Assembly (NCBI RefSeq): GCF_009914755.1
Contig: NC_060931.1
From: the human T2T-CHM13v2.0 reference genome, Homo sapiens
Length of the DNA stretch: 64,000 nucleotides
Strand: one strand, 5' to 3'
Shown here one piece after another: positions 42,511 to 63,065 of this stretch; position 1 is the stretch's first letter; the number at the start of each line of letters is the position of its first letter. The position numbers and the translations under genes are program-made. Below the pieces are notes generated by a model. It ran no database searches, had not been told where the DNA came from, and worked only from the letters and a program-made list of their open reading frames with translations.

Positions 42511-42799
42511 CTGAAAAACAAACCAAATTCAAATCTGGTTAATAAGTGGGGGAGTTCTTTTTTAAAATCTGAACTGAAAAAAATAAAAATAAAAACAGAA
42601 ACAAACTGAACTAATGGTTTTTTCAAAATCAGCATGAGGAATTCCAACCCCAGCCGGAAAATGAATGCTAAGATGCAATGGATTATGTTTACCTAAAGTT
42701 CTATTTATTTCTTAAAAGGATGCTGATAGTTCTTTCAAAGAAACTGTTAAGAAAATGGGTGGGGCGAGGGGGGGCGGGGTGGTGGCACGGAAAGCCAGG

Positions 42800-44760
<1,961 letters not shown>

Positions 44761-44853
44761 AATCAATCAATCAGTCAATACACAAGAGAGCCTTGAATGA
44801 AGAAAATCAGAACTGTGTGAAACAAACTTGGTCCTCAGGACAATCAGCCACGT

Positions 44854-45245
44854 TGATCTAGTTTGGACGTCTGTCCCCTTCCAATCTCATTTGGAATTTG
44901 GTCCCCAATGTGGGGATGTTTGGGTCATGAGGAAGATCCCACGTGAATGGCTTGGTGCCCACCCCAAGGTAGTGAGTGAGTTCTGGATCAATTAGGTCCC
45001 TGGAGAGCTGGCTGTTCAAATGAGCCTGGCACCTCCCTCCGTTCTCAACAGGTGGTCTCTGCATGCACAGGCTCCCACTTCCCCTTCCAACATGAGCAGA
45101 AGCAGCCTGAACCCCTCCCTAGAAGCAGATGCTGGCATCATGCTACATGTACAGCCTGCAGAACTGTGAGCCAAATCAACCTCTTTTCTTTCTACATTAC
45201 CCAGTCTCTGGTATTCCTTTATAGTAACTCAAAGGAACTAAGACA
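44854..45245 (+). mobile_element. MST-type (ERVL-MaLR) solo LTR
   Basis: TGATCTAGTTTGG...CAGCCTGCAGAACTGTGAGCCAAAT...ACTAAGACA. Confidence 0.8.
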
Positions 45246-45279
45246 CAGCCTCCCTCCCACTGCAGTTGGGAAACACTGA

Positions 45280-45712
<433 letters not shown>

Positions 45713-45825
45713 TGATCTGCCCACCTCGGCCTCCCAAAGTGCTGGGATTACAGGTGTGGCCCACAGCACCCGGCCACTATGGGCCACATTCTTGAGGACA
45801 GAGGCATTTCTACATTCTCACCGAC

Positions 45826-45939
45826 CTTGATAAACTCCAGTTTCAGGTATTCTGCCATTTGGAAAGTTTTACACACTCGAAAGATGTTGCCAATGATATC
45901 TTCTGGTGAGTAGCCCAGATGCCACAAGTGAGCAAGAAT
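45826..45939 (-). CDS. RFC2: RFC2 exon 10 ([38 protein letters not shown])
   Basis: tgtctag|...|gtcggt, 114 nt. Confidence 0.96.
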
Positions 45940-47104
45940 CTAGACAAAGGAGACAGAAAAGGCTGCTTACCACTTTAAACTGTAAGAAGACATGTGATTT
46001 TGAGACTCACCACAGCTGGTGGGGCCCACCCTTCAGGTCACATGGGGGTACCTTAACTGATTTTCATGGCAGATAGAGAGATAACATTGCAAATGTATTG
46101 TTGTTTTGCTTAAATATTTTTTTTTCAGTAATATAAAGATAAGAGTCTTGCTATATTGCCCAGGCTGGTCCCAAGTTCCCGGCCTCAAGCAATCCTCCTG
46201 CCTCGACCTCCAAAAGTGCTGGGATTACAGGCATGAGCCACTGAGCCCAGCCTATCGCAAATGTGTTAAGCTGTGTTGCAAAATGGTCTACTACCACACC
46301 CATGTAATCTCTTGATCCGGAGCTCTTAAAATGCTTTATTAATCTGATGACTAGGTATAGCAAAGTGGAAAAAGCAGACCATTCATCTGCTAGCTTCATC
46401 CAGCTGCAGTCCCAATGCAACCTCTGCAGGACGAGCCTGGAGCACACCCTGACTGGGTAATCCCAGCCTCCTGCTTCCCACCCACCCTGCCCCACCCAGG
46501 CTGCAGCGTCTGGAGGCAGGCCTTTTTGCCTTTGTTTTGGCATCTTGGGGTGAATTCAGGAGGCAGAGAAGCTCTGTGCCCACAAATCTGAAGGCTTTCT
46601 TCAGGTCTACTCAGGGACCCTGGGCCTGGGTCTCTGCTCAGTCTCCCCGCCTTGCACTCCGGTTTCACATTGGGTGGAACTATGCCCTAAACCCAGTCAA
46701 CTTCCAACCTAGTTTGTTAGGGGGTAGGCAGAGGGAAACCATGACTGGATCAATGACCTTGAACCACACCAACCACACCACACCCATGTGGCTTGAGGTC
46801 GCCTGAACCCCAGCCACATCTGCTGGAATCTGCTCACAGCACTCAGTCCCATTGTGAGGCTAGAATCTTCCTGCTCCCTCCTCTCCTGGCTAGCTGGGGG
46901 CTGCTGGATCCCAGAATGCCTGTGCCTATGAGAATGGATGGGGACACTTCCCCTTAACTGGAGAGAAGATGGCTTCCCTGGAGAAGGAGCTAGGCTGGTC
47001 TTTCCTCCTGACTTTGGCTGACAAATTTCTCCTGCAGAGGATATAATTACAGGAGAAAAACACCATTTTGAATTCTAGTTCTACTGCTTTTAAACCATGA
47101 CTTA

Positions 47105-47251
<147 letters not shown>

Positions 47252-47655
47252 CTACATAAATAAATAAATAAATAAATAAACAAACACAGTGATTTAGGAC
47301 AAGGAATTCAGCCTCTGAATCAGTTTTCTCATCAGTAAAGTGCACCCAACTCCTAGCATAATTTTTTTTTTCCAGTTCCTAGACAGATTAACACATAGCA
47401 TGATATTAATAATTTTTTTTTTTTCCTGAGACAGGGTCTCACCATCACCCAGGCTGGGGTACAGTGGCGCAATCACAGCTCACTGCAGCCTTGACCTCCA
47501 AGGCTCAACAAATCCTCCTGCCTCAGTCTCCCAAGTAAGATTTCAAGAATGAATGGAGTGATGTGTATAATGTCCCTGGTACCAGAAGGGCTCCCGCTCT
47601 CCTCTGCCCAAGAAGTGAGCGGTTCCTCTGCCAGGACGGGGGGAAGGAGGCCAAC

Positions 47656-47736
47656 CTTGTAGGCTTCGTCAATGTTGGCATTCACACAGTGCTGGATCAT
47701 CTCCTTTACCAGCAGTGGGTGGGGCTCGTCACAGAC
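47656..47736 (-). CDS. RFC2: RFC2 exon 9 ([27 protein letters not shown])
   Basis: tggccag|...|gttggc, 81 nt. Confidence 0.96.
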
Positions 47737-49216
47737 CTGGCCAAAGGGAAAGGAAAGGCGGTCAGGGGCTAGAAGGGACAATGTGAGCGGGGAGGCCCCA
47801 ACAGACCGACTTCCAGGCAATCTATGGGTAAAACTTCTCAACCTGTTGTTTTCATCAAATTCTCCAGCAACCAGGATGAGTTTGGGGAATGCTCCTCTCA
47901 CCATCAAAGAGAAGTGCTTCCGGCACCAGGAAGATAAATTTCCCAAACATAAGACAGATGAACAAGAGAGCAACCAAGGGCCTGTGAAGGATGCTCACTT
48001 GGGGACAGCTTTAAAGTCACAAGTCATCTGTCTTAGATCACTTGGGGGGTCAGTTGCCCAGAACCACTTGGAATTCACTTTAGAACTGGGAGGTCTTTTG
48101 GGCCAATTCCCACCTCCACCCCGGAGTAGGAACTGGCCTTCCCTACAAAAGGTCCCCCAGCCTCAGCCTGACACCCTAAACAAGGGGTCAGGCTACTCCA
48201 GCAGGCAGGTGCATGGTGCTGGGGACTCCGTCCTCCCTGCAGCATTCTCCGCAGTGGCATGAGGCTCTGCCTCTGGTACAATGTCGACCCCTACATCTTC
48301 CCAATGAAAGCCTCCTGATGGCTCCAGAGGTCACCCACACCTGCCCTTGCCTTTTCCCGGTGGAAGCCATGGTTTCCTGAGCCCTCAGTGACCCTCCAAG
48401 ACAAAACAGGGCCCGAACCATCACCCCTGTTTCTGAGCGGGCCTCCCCTTCCTAAGTGGCCTCGAAAATGCATTCACTGCCCAGATCTACCCAGATGCTT
48501 CAAAAATCGCTTGTCTGTTGTCCACAAACCTGGTAAGAAACAGCTATAGGCTGAAAGCTTGGACAGCCCTTCCCAGTTTCTTCCCCCAAATAAGGGGGAA
48601 GTGAATCTCTCAAATGGCATTTAGACGCGGAGTTATCAGGATGCGGAAGCAGTTTTCAAAAGAATTCCCAAGAGAAAAATGTTTTGCTGACATGGGAGAG
48701 TAAGTGAGAAACCTTTTCCTCAGCCTGGCTTTGAGGGTTACTACCCACCCTCCAGGGGCAGAAGTGGGGAGCAGGGCACAGCATTGCAGAAAAAACCCAG
48801 GGTGTGGGGTCTGAAGGCTACTGGGGAACAGCACAGTGCTCCTGCCTGCCCTTTAGGGGCCAGGGGATCCCCTGGGCCCACGTCATCACCCACAATGTGA
48901 TGGTGAGAACCTCTGTGCAGGGAAGTCGCTGGGATCAAATAAGACACGTCAGAAATTGCTCGACCCTGGGTCTGATGCATCCGTGGTCCTCCCTCACCTA
49001 CCACACACAAGTGACGTTCCAGGTCCCCCGAAACTCTCCAGCTTGTGCAGCAAAGCAGCAATAGGGAGAGGACAGACGGGAGCAGGGTGGGCTCCCTGGC
49101 ACCCACAAGAGCAGCTAGATGTCCGTCCCCACTGCCAGCCCAGCCCTTCAGCCCCACTGGCCCCCACAGGGAAGCACGGCTTCTGCTGACAGTACCACCC
49201 ACACTAGCGCTTGTAC

Positions 49217-49282
49217 CTTGAACACGTTCTCACTGTTAATGAAGCCAAATCCTGAGAAGGTGGACTGCAGGTTGTTCAGCGC
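49217..49282 (-). CDS. RFC2: RFC2 exon 8 ([22 protein letters not shown])
   Basis: tgaacag|...|gtacaa, 66 nt. Confidence 0.95.
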
Positions 49283-50231
49283 CTGTTCAGGAGCAAACAC
49301 ATGTCAAGGATGATTTTTATATTTATTTCTTTTTGAGTAGAGACAGGAGTCTCGCTATGTTGCCCAGGCTGGTCTCGAACTCCTGGGCTTAAGCGATTCT
49401 CCCACCTCCGCCTCCCAAGTGCTGGGATTACAGGCATGAGCCACCGCACCGGGCCAAGGGTGACTTTTTTTTTTTTTTTTTTTTTTTGAGACAGAGTCTC
49501 ACTCTGTCACCCAGCATGGAGTGTAGTGGCACAATCTCGAGTCACTGCAATCTCCGTATCCCAGGTTCAAGCGATTCTTCTGCCTCGGCCTCCTGAGTAG
49601 CTGGGATTACAGGCACCCACCACCATGCCCAGCTTTTTTTTTTGAGACAGAGTCTCGCTCTGTCGCCCAGGCTGGAGTGCAGTGGTGCTATCTCAGCTCA
49701 CTGCAAGGTCCGCCTCCCAGGTTAATGCCATTCTCTTGCCTCAGCCTCACGAGTAGCTGAGACTACAGGCGCCCACCACCACGCCTGGCTAATTTTTTGT
49801 ATTTTTAGTAGAGATGAGGTTTCACCATGTTAACCAGGCTGGTCATGAACTCCTGACCTCGTGATCCACCCGCCTTGGCCTTCCAAAGTGTTGGGATTAT
49901 AGGCGTGAGCCACTGTGCCTGGCCATGCCTGGCTAATTTTTTAATTTTTTTTAGTAGAGATGGGATTTCACCATGTTGGCCAGGCTGGTCTTGAACTCCT
50001 GACCTCAGGTGATCCTCCTGCCTCAGCCTCCGGGGTGACTTTTAAAGCTCTGCCCTTCCCTGCCTCTCTTCTTGGAGTCCGAGCTAGACAGCCCACTGTC
50101 CCAGGAGGGTGCCAGGTCTCTGTCTCTTTCTCTTGTTGTACCTTGTGCAGCTGTCACTTCCCTCCCCTTCCCCATGGAAGGGGCATGGCAGGCACAGGAT
50201 GCCCACGCCTGAATGGTAGCAGCCCACATAC

Positions 50232-50389
50232 CTGCCTCATGTCTCCCTGGGCCGTGAAGATGATGGCTTCTAGGCCGTCATCAGTGTAGGGTACCCTCTC
50301 CTTCTCGATAACATTCATCAGCCTGGTGAGGATCTGGGCGTCGGTCAGCTTTGTGTACCGGAGGACTGCACAGCGGGACTGAATGGGCT
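50232..50389 (-). CDS. RFC2: RFC2 exon 7 ([15 protein letters not shown]...GDMRQ; SRC arginine finger and sensor-2)
   Basis: tgttcag|...|gtatgt, 158 nt. Confidence 0.96.
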
Positions 50390-50795
50390 CTGAACAGAGA
50401 CGGGACAGTAGTGAGGCTTCCCTGCAGAGGCCGGCATCATCCTGCTAGCTCTTTGGTCATAAGGCTGCAGCTGCACAATCCACACAGCCCCAGGCACTCA
50501 ATAGAGACTTGGTAGGCCGGACACGAGGGCTCACGCCTGAATCCCAGCACTTTGGGAGGCTGAGGCGGGAGGATCACTTGAGGACAGGAGTTTGAGACCA
50601 GCCTGGACAACATGGTGAAACCCCATCTCTACTAAAAATACAAAAATTAGCTGGGTGTGGTGTCGCACGTCTGTAATCCTAGCTACTCAGGAGGCTAAGG
50701 CAAGAGACTCGCTTGAGCACGAGAGTTGGAGGCTGAAGTGAGCCAAGATCACACTACTGCACTCCAGCCTGGACAACAGAGCGAGGCTGTGTCTC

Positions 50796-50826
<31 letters not shown>

Positions 50827-52569
50827 GAGACTTGGTAAACACAGGGTGATATGTCAAGGTGTCAACCAATAAGCAATGACAGAGGCCTCAGTTGGCACTG
50901 CCCGCATGGCCTTGGCTAGCCACGGCTTCCAGACGGGGAAATGATCCTCCAGTAGAAACACATCCATGTGCCTGCCACAAGCTGTTAGATGAGTCAGCCC
51001 TGGCCCAGGTGGACTCTGGAATTGGTGTGTGCTGGATGTTGGCCCTTCTGGGCACATGACAATTCAATCTGAATGGGCCAACCCAGTTTCTTTCCTTTTT
51101 TTTCATAGACAGGGTTTTGCTGTTGCCCAGGCTGCTCTCGAACTCCTGGCCTCAAGTAGTCTTCCTGCCTCAGCCTCCCAAAGTGCAGGGATTACAGGTG
51201 TGAGCCACCATGCCTGGCCAGTTTCTTTCTTTCTTTTTTTTACTGAGACCAAGTCTCTCTGTTGCCCAGGCTGGAGTGCAGTGGTGTGATCTAGGCTCAC
51301 TGCAACCTCCACCTCCCAGGTTCAAGTGATTCTCCTGTCTCAGCCTCCTGAGTAGCTGGGATTACAGGCGCACGCTATCACACCCGGCTAATTTTTGTAT
51401 TTTTAGTAGAAATGGGGTTTCACCATGTTGGCCAGGTTGGTCTCGAACTCCAGACCTTAGGGGATCCACCTGCCTCGGCCTCCCAAAGTGCTGGGATTAC
51501 AGGCATGAGCCACTGTGCCCTGCCAAATCAAGACCTAGGAATGCATTTTTCTCCATTTCATTGCTGGCATCTGCAAAGTGGAGAATACTTCTCATTAAAC
51601 TCCACGAGCTCTCCACTAGCATGGTGCCTGGCGGCTACTAAGAACCAGAGTTAAGCGTTCGGTGAATGGGTTAATGAATCAATGCACAAATCAGTGCGAT
51701 TTTGGGAAGGGAAAAGAATGCAAAGGATTCTTGACACTGCTGAGAGCCCCACCAGGGCTGGTAGCCATGACTTTGTGGGTGCCATATTTGGTAATGCGCT
51801 CGTCGGCAACAGCGGCCTGGGTGGCAAGGGGGTTGTCAGATGGATGAGCTCATATGGTTGGGGTTCAGCAGGGCAGAAGTGAGGCAAAGAAAGCGGCTGA
51901 GAGAGCAATGAAAAATGAGGAAAGAGGACAGCTGGGCTGTGCAGGCAGCCTGTGTCAGAAAGAGAAGGATGGGCCAGCCGTGGTGGCTCACGCCTATAAT
52001 CCCAGCACTTTGCGAGGCCGAGGTGGGCAGACCACTTGAGGCCAGGCGTTCTAGACCAGCCTGGGCAACATGGTGAAACCTCGTCTCTAAGAAAAATACA
52101 AAAATTAGCCTGGCATGGTGGCACATGCCTGTAATCCCAGCTACTGAGGAGGCTGAGGTAGGAAAATCACTTGAATCCAGGCAGCGGAGATAGCAGTGAG
52201 CTGAAATCGCAACACTGCACTCCAGCCTGGGCGACAGAGCGAGACTCTCTCTACAAAAAAAAGAAAGAGAAGGATGTGAAACCAGCAGGAAGTTGACAGA
52301 CTAGAGCACTCTTGGGACCTGGGGCGGGACAAACCCATGCAGAAGCAGACAGGCTGCAGGGAGGGAGGTGGAAGGGCAAACAGTAAGGTTAGAGAAAAGA
52401 CGGACTGCAGGATTTGAGAGAGGAGCTTCCCGGAGGCAACAAATTCCAATGTACAGATACTGCCTATACCAAGTACTCAGAGCACATGAATAGCACAAGA
52501 AGGTATCTGGAGAGCGACTGTGATCGTGACACCGTGCAGGGGACATCAACAACATCCTTGTGCCTCCAA

Positions 52570-52790
52570 GAGTGCAAGAGGGTGATAGAACTGGGGCTCC
52601 AATCCCAGCTGCTCTTGCACTTGCTCTGACTTTGGGGAAACTACTCAACCTCTCCAAGCTCGTTTTCTTTCTCTTTTTTCCTTAGATCCTAAACATCAGG
52701 ATAAGCTCCAGTTTTCTCATCTCTAAACTGAAGCGAATAATACCTCCTCATAGGATTATGTAAGATTAAATTTAAAAGTTGATTACAATG
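52570..52790. mobile_element. MIR fragment(s)
   Basis: CTGACTTTGGGGAAACTACTCAACCTCTC...CAGTTTTCTCATCTCTAAA...ATAATACCTCCTCATAGG. Confidence 0.6.
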
Positions 52791-53107
52791 GGAAACATGT
52801 GCATAATATATACAATTTCTCCTTGTCAATTAAAAAAATATAAATTTAAAAACTTGATTATATAGTGCTTGGCCCATGCTACACAATAAAAAAATCCCTA
52901 CTCTTCCAGCGCTAAAGAGCCAAGGCGAGGCCAGGTGCAGTGGCTCACATCTGTAATTCCAGCACTTTGGGAGGCCGAGGCAGGCGATCACGAGGTCAGA
53001 CGTTTGAGACCAGCCTGGCCAACATGGTGAAACCCCATCTCTTAAAAAAAAAAAAAAAAAAAAAAAAATTAGCTGGGTGTGGTTGTGCGAGCCTGTAATC
53101 CCAGCTA

Positions 53108-53215
<108 letters not shown>

Positions 53216-53440
53216 TCAAAAAAAAAAAAAAAATCCAGGTGTGGTGGCACAGGCCTGTAGTCTCAGCTACTGGGAGGCTGAGGCAGGAAGACCACTTGAG
53301 CACAGGAGTTTGAGGCTGCAGTGAGCTGTGATGGCACCACTGCACTCCAGCCTGAGCGAAGAGGGAGACCACATCTATAAAAAAGAAAAAAGCCCAGTTG
53401 AGCACCACGTGGCCCCCAGCCACCGAAAGCTCCCACTCAC

Positions 53441-53541
53441 CGATGATCTTATCCGAAGCATTACAAGCAAGGGCGAAGCGAGTGGTTTTAGAGTAGATTT
53501 CCATGGTTCTCCTCAAGGCTTGCTGGGCTCCGTCGGTCATG
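53441..53541 (-). CDS. RFC2: RFC2 exon 6 ([33 protein letters not shown])
   Basis: ttctcag|...|gtgagt, 101 nt. Confidence 0.96.
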
Positions 53542-54208
53542 CTGAGAAGAAAAACACAAGTTTGCAAGTGGGACCCAGAGACCATGTGACACAAATCGTT
53601 CCCTATACAAAAACCCAGGACATAAGACACATCCAATGTCCTAAATGAGGGTCTCATTGGAAGTACGCAGGCCATCCCTCTAATGCTAACACCTGCAGGC
53701 CGCTCTCTCAAAGACTGTGCAAACAGCATTTAGTACCTACAGCATCAGAACAACCCTCAAGTGAAACTCACGAAAACCACGATCTACAAGGGCTGCCATC
53801 ACACTTGTGGGAATTGGTTCTCTCCAGTCCTTCATGACACAAATTCAGGAGAACAATCATGACACCAGCTGCCAACTTTTCTTTCTTCCTTTTTTATTCT
53901 TTTTTTTTTCTTAAAGAGACAGGTTCTTGCTGTCACCCAGGCTGCAGTGCAATGGTGGAATCATAGCTCACTGCAGCCTCGAACTCCTGGGCTCAAGCAA
54001 TCCTCCCATCTCAAAAGGCTGATGCGGGAGGACCGCTTGAGACCAGGAGTTCGAGACCAGCCTGGGCAACAAAGTAAGACCTCTATTTCTACAAAAAATT
54101 TTAAAAAATACAAAAAAGCCTGTTTACCAGATTATCATAATGTAGAGCAATGCCTACAACATTAAAAGGAAAAACCAGGATACAAAAATTATATATATTA
54201 TGATCTCA

Positions 54209-54630
<422 letters not shown>

Positions 54631-54645
54631 TTACTGCCACATTAA

Positions 54646-55011
<366 letters not shown>

Positions 55012-55342
55012 TAGCACTTTGGGAGGCCGAGGCAGACAGATCACTTGAGGCCAGGAGTTTGAGACCAGCCTGGGTAACATAGTGAGATCCTGCCCCTGTG
55101 AAAAAAAAAATAGCTGGTTGCAGTTGCACAAGCCTGTAGTCTCCGCTACTTGGGAGGCTGAGGTGGAGGATCATTACAGCCGAGGAGTTCAAGGTTGCAG
55201 TGAGCTATGACTGTGCCATTGGACTCTAGTCTGAGTGATATAGTGAGACCCTGTCTCAAAAACTACAACAAAAAACAACGTTATAGGGTTAGGGTTCTAT
55301 ATTCTTTTCTTAATGTCATTTCAATTTTTTTTTTTTTTTTGA

Positions 55343-55675
<333 letters not shown>

Positions 55676-55788
55676 TAAATGCCACTGAACTGTATACTTC
55701 AAAATAGTTAAAATGGTAAATTTTGGGCCGGGCGCAGTGGCTCACACCTATAATCCCAGCACTTTGGGAGGCCGAGGCGGGCGGATCA

Positions 55789-56049
<261 letters not shown>

Positions 56050-56303
56050 TTAACCACAATAAAAAAATTTACAGGCCAGGCACAGTGGCTCACACCTATA
56101 ATCCCAGCATTTTGGGAGGCCGAGGCGGGTAGATCACCTGAAGTCAGGAGTTCGAGACCAGCCTGGCCAACATGGCGAAACCCCATCTCTACTAAAAATA
56201 CAAAAATTAGGCCAGGCTCGGTGGCTCATGCCTGTAATCCCAGCACTTTGGGAGGCTGAGGCGGGCGGATCACGAGGTCAGGAGATTGAGACCACCCTGG
56301 CTA

Positions 56304-56758
<455 letters not shown>

Positions 56759-56956
56759 TTAAATGAATGACTATCTTAGACAAATGTTTGTAAGTTACTT
56801 AATAAAGATAAGATTTAAGGTGCAGGCCCCTATTAAATTGCTTGTGGAAGATATGATAAGCAAATCTACCATAAAAGTGCTTTTTATCCTGATTGAATAA
56901 AACCGAAAAAGAGATTTAGAGATCAAGGTCAAAATACATTTGGCAAAGCACTCTAC

Positions 56957-57058
56957 CTGTCTGCTTCATCCAGAATGATGATCTTATGTCGGCCTTTGGG
57001 AAGAGTGACTTTTTGTTGAGCAAACATTTTAATTTTATTCCTCACAACGTCAATGCCC
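56957..57058 (-). CDS. RFC2: RFC2 exon 5 ([33 protein letters not shown]; Walker B)
   Basis: ctttcag|...|gtagag, 102 nt. Confidence 0.96.
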
Positions 57059-57696
57059 CTGAAAGAATGACAGGTTTTTACTGGCACCTTCTGAGACCAA
57101 TTCAGTTGCCTTCACAAGGACTTTTAAACAATCGGTATATCAGGGACTGTGAGGCCCAATTTCCATTTTTGAGTTTTTTTGGGGGGCAATTGTAACTATT
57201 TATAAGGATTGAGATTTTATGGCATTTGTTCTTTCTTGGAGGTCTTTCAAAGAACAAAGAAAATATACACTTTTTTTTTTTTTTTCTTCAGACAGGGTCT
57301 CGCTGTGTCATCCAGGCTGGAGTGCAGTGGCCCTCTTGGCTCACTGCAAGCTCTGCCTCCCAGGTTCAGTGAGCCGGGATCACGCCACTGCACCCCAGCC
57401 TGGCGATAATTCGTCTCAAAAAAAAAAAAAAGCCTCATCCTTCAGTTTTTTAACTGCATTGCTTGAGATACCATATTATCTTTCAAAAGATGTAATAGAA
57501 GTGCAGATATACCACCTTTGTTATCTTGTAAGCTTTCACTAACCACAGCCAAGAATTCAAAATTTTTCATTCTCTACCCACAACAGGAAAGAGAAAAAAA
57601 TTGAGAGGAGGACTCTTCCTAATTATTAGGTGAATCAGAAAATAACTGCAATGTAGGCCAAGCATGGTGGCTCACACCTGTAATCCCAACACTTTA

Positions 57697-58011
<315 letters not shown>

Positions 58012-58121
58012 CTACTGATGGTGAAATTGATCAATAAGCAAAATCTCAGACTATGAATCTTCAGATGCCAATATCCTCCAGACATTTTCCCTAACTGAAG
58101 AATCAAGGAGTGAACAATATG

Positions 58122-58521
<400 letters not shown>

Positions 58522-59306
58522 AGTGTAGTGGCTCACGTCTGTAATCCAAGCACTTTGGGAGGCTGATGCAAGGAGGATCGCTTGAGTCCCGGAGTTCGAG
58601 ACCAGACTGGGCAACATAGTGAGATCCCGTCTCCACAAGAAAAAGCTGGCATGGTGGCATGTGTCTATAGTCCTAGCAACTTAGCAGGCCAAGGCAGGAG
58701 GATTGCTTGAGGCTAAGGGTTTGAGATCAGCCTGGGCAACATAGTGAGATCCCATCTCTACAAAAATTTTTAAACTTGAAAAAAGAGAAAAACTAGTTGG
58801 TTTTTTTTTTTTGGAGATGGAGTTTTGCTCGTCACCCAGGCTGGAGTGCTCAACGGTGCGATCTCAGGTCACTGTAACCTCCTTCTCCTGGGTTCAAGCA
58901 ATCCTCCTGCCTCAACCTCCTGAGTAGCTGGGATTACAGGCACCCAGCACCACGCCCAGCTAAGTTTTGTATTTTTAGTGGAGACGGGGTTTCACCATGT
59001 TGGCTAGGATGGTCTCGAATTCCTGACCTCAGGTGATCTACCTGCCTCGGCCTCCCAAAGTGCTGGAATTACAGGTGTGAGCCACCATGCCTGGCTGAGA
59101 AGAACAGTTTTTGAAAATTTCCATGAAAACAAAAAAAATAAACCGGCAAGTTGACAAGTGAGCAACGCTCTTTCACTGGGAAGGGGTGGAGGAAATCACA
59201 TAGCTGGCAAGGCTTCGCATACAACCCAATGCTGAGAAAGGTTGTTTCTGTAACAATTCTCAATGCAGAGCACCCGCCCCCCTACAGGTCTGACTCTAAG
59301 ACCTAC

Positions 59307-59413
59307 CTGTCATTTGAAGCATTGAGTTCCAACATGGCATCTTTGAGTGCTGGGCCCAGCAGGGCCCGGGCCAAGCACAGAATGCTTGTGGTCTTGCCGG
59401 TTCCTGGAGGGCC
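59307..59413 (-). CDS. RFC2: RFC2 exon 4 ([35 protein letters not shown]; Walker A)
   Basis: ttcccag|...|gtaggt, 107 nt. Confidence 0.97.
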
Positions 59414-59462
59414 CTGGGAATGAGATCTCCAGTAAAGACTTCAAACCACCAGAAGGACCTCA

Positions 59463-60029
<567 letters not shown>

Positions 60030-60033
60030 TCAC

Positions 60034-60075
60034 CGCAATGATGATGTTGGGCACATTTCCTTCCCTTGCAAAGAC
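60034..60075 (-). CDS. RFC2: RFC2 exon 3 (VFAREGNVPNIIIA)
   Basis: gccgtag|...|gtgagt, 42 nt. Confidence 0.95.
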
Positions 60076-60284
60076 CTACGGCGAAAATGATCATTAAAAC
60101 CGGTTAAAACTTGCTTCTGGATGACTACATAAAAAAGATAGAAAAAAGAACAAACAAGCAGGTTAAAACTCGGCTGAGCACAATGGCTCAGGCCTGTAAT
60201 CCTAGCAGTTTGGGAGGCCAAGGCAGGACAATCACTTGAGGCCTGAGGCCAGCCTGGGCAACACAGTGAGACTCTGTCTCCTCA

Positions 60285-60443
<159 letters not shown>

Positions 60444-60487
60444 TCAAAAACAAAAAAAAAAAAACACAAAACCTGGTTAATTTGTAA

Positions 60488-61260
<773 letters not shown>

Positions 61261-61812
61261 TAGTAGAGACGGGGTTTTGCCATGTTGGCCAGGCTGGTCG
61301 TGAACTCCTGACCTTAGGTGATCCACTCGCCTTGGCCTCCCAAAGTGCTGGGATTACAGGTGTGAGCCACCACACCCGGCCCTATTAAAACATTTTTCCC
61401 TAACTGAAATCCTTGACTCCTCCCTGCCCTCACTATGAAGCCCAAACTCTTTTTGTTTCTCAAAGTAAGGGTGTCCACTCTGTCACCTAGGCTAGAGTGC
61501 AGTGGCGTGATCATAGCTCACTGCAGCGTCAAACTCCTGGGCTCAAGGGATCCTCCTGCCTTGGCCTCGAGTAGCTGGGATTACAGGCACTTGTCACCAT
61601 GCCCAGTTTGAACCTCAGACTCTACAGGCATGTGCCACCACACCCAGCTCATTCTTAAATTTTTTCGTAGAGACTGGTTTCACCACATTGCCCAGGCTGA
61701 TCTCAAACACCTGGCCTCAAGTAATCTGCCCGCCTTAGCCTCCCAAGGTGCTGGGATTACAGGTGTAAGCCACTGTGCCCAGCCTTAGGTCATCTTTTAA
61801 AAACCTACTCAA

Positions 61813-62792
<980 letters not shown>

Positions 62793-62930
62793 CTGTTAAG
62801 AAAATGCATAAAAATGCTGACATGGTTATCTTCACACTACCCCACAAAAAGCACCTAAGGGTTATCCTGAGAGCTTTGTTAAAAAATTACATACATTCAG
62901 TACAACTATGCCAAATGGTTGCAAGTTTTA

Positions 62931-63065
<135 letters not shown>

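Noticed and set aside
47672-48262. 196-aa non-repeat ORF antisense to RFC2 intron 8
   Set aside because: Non-ATG start, no recognisable motif and no promoter or splice support; length is compatible with chance.
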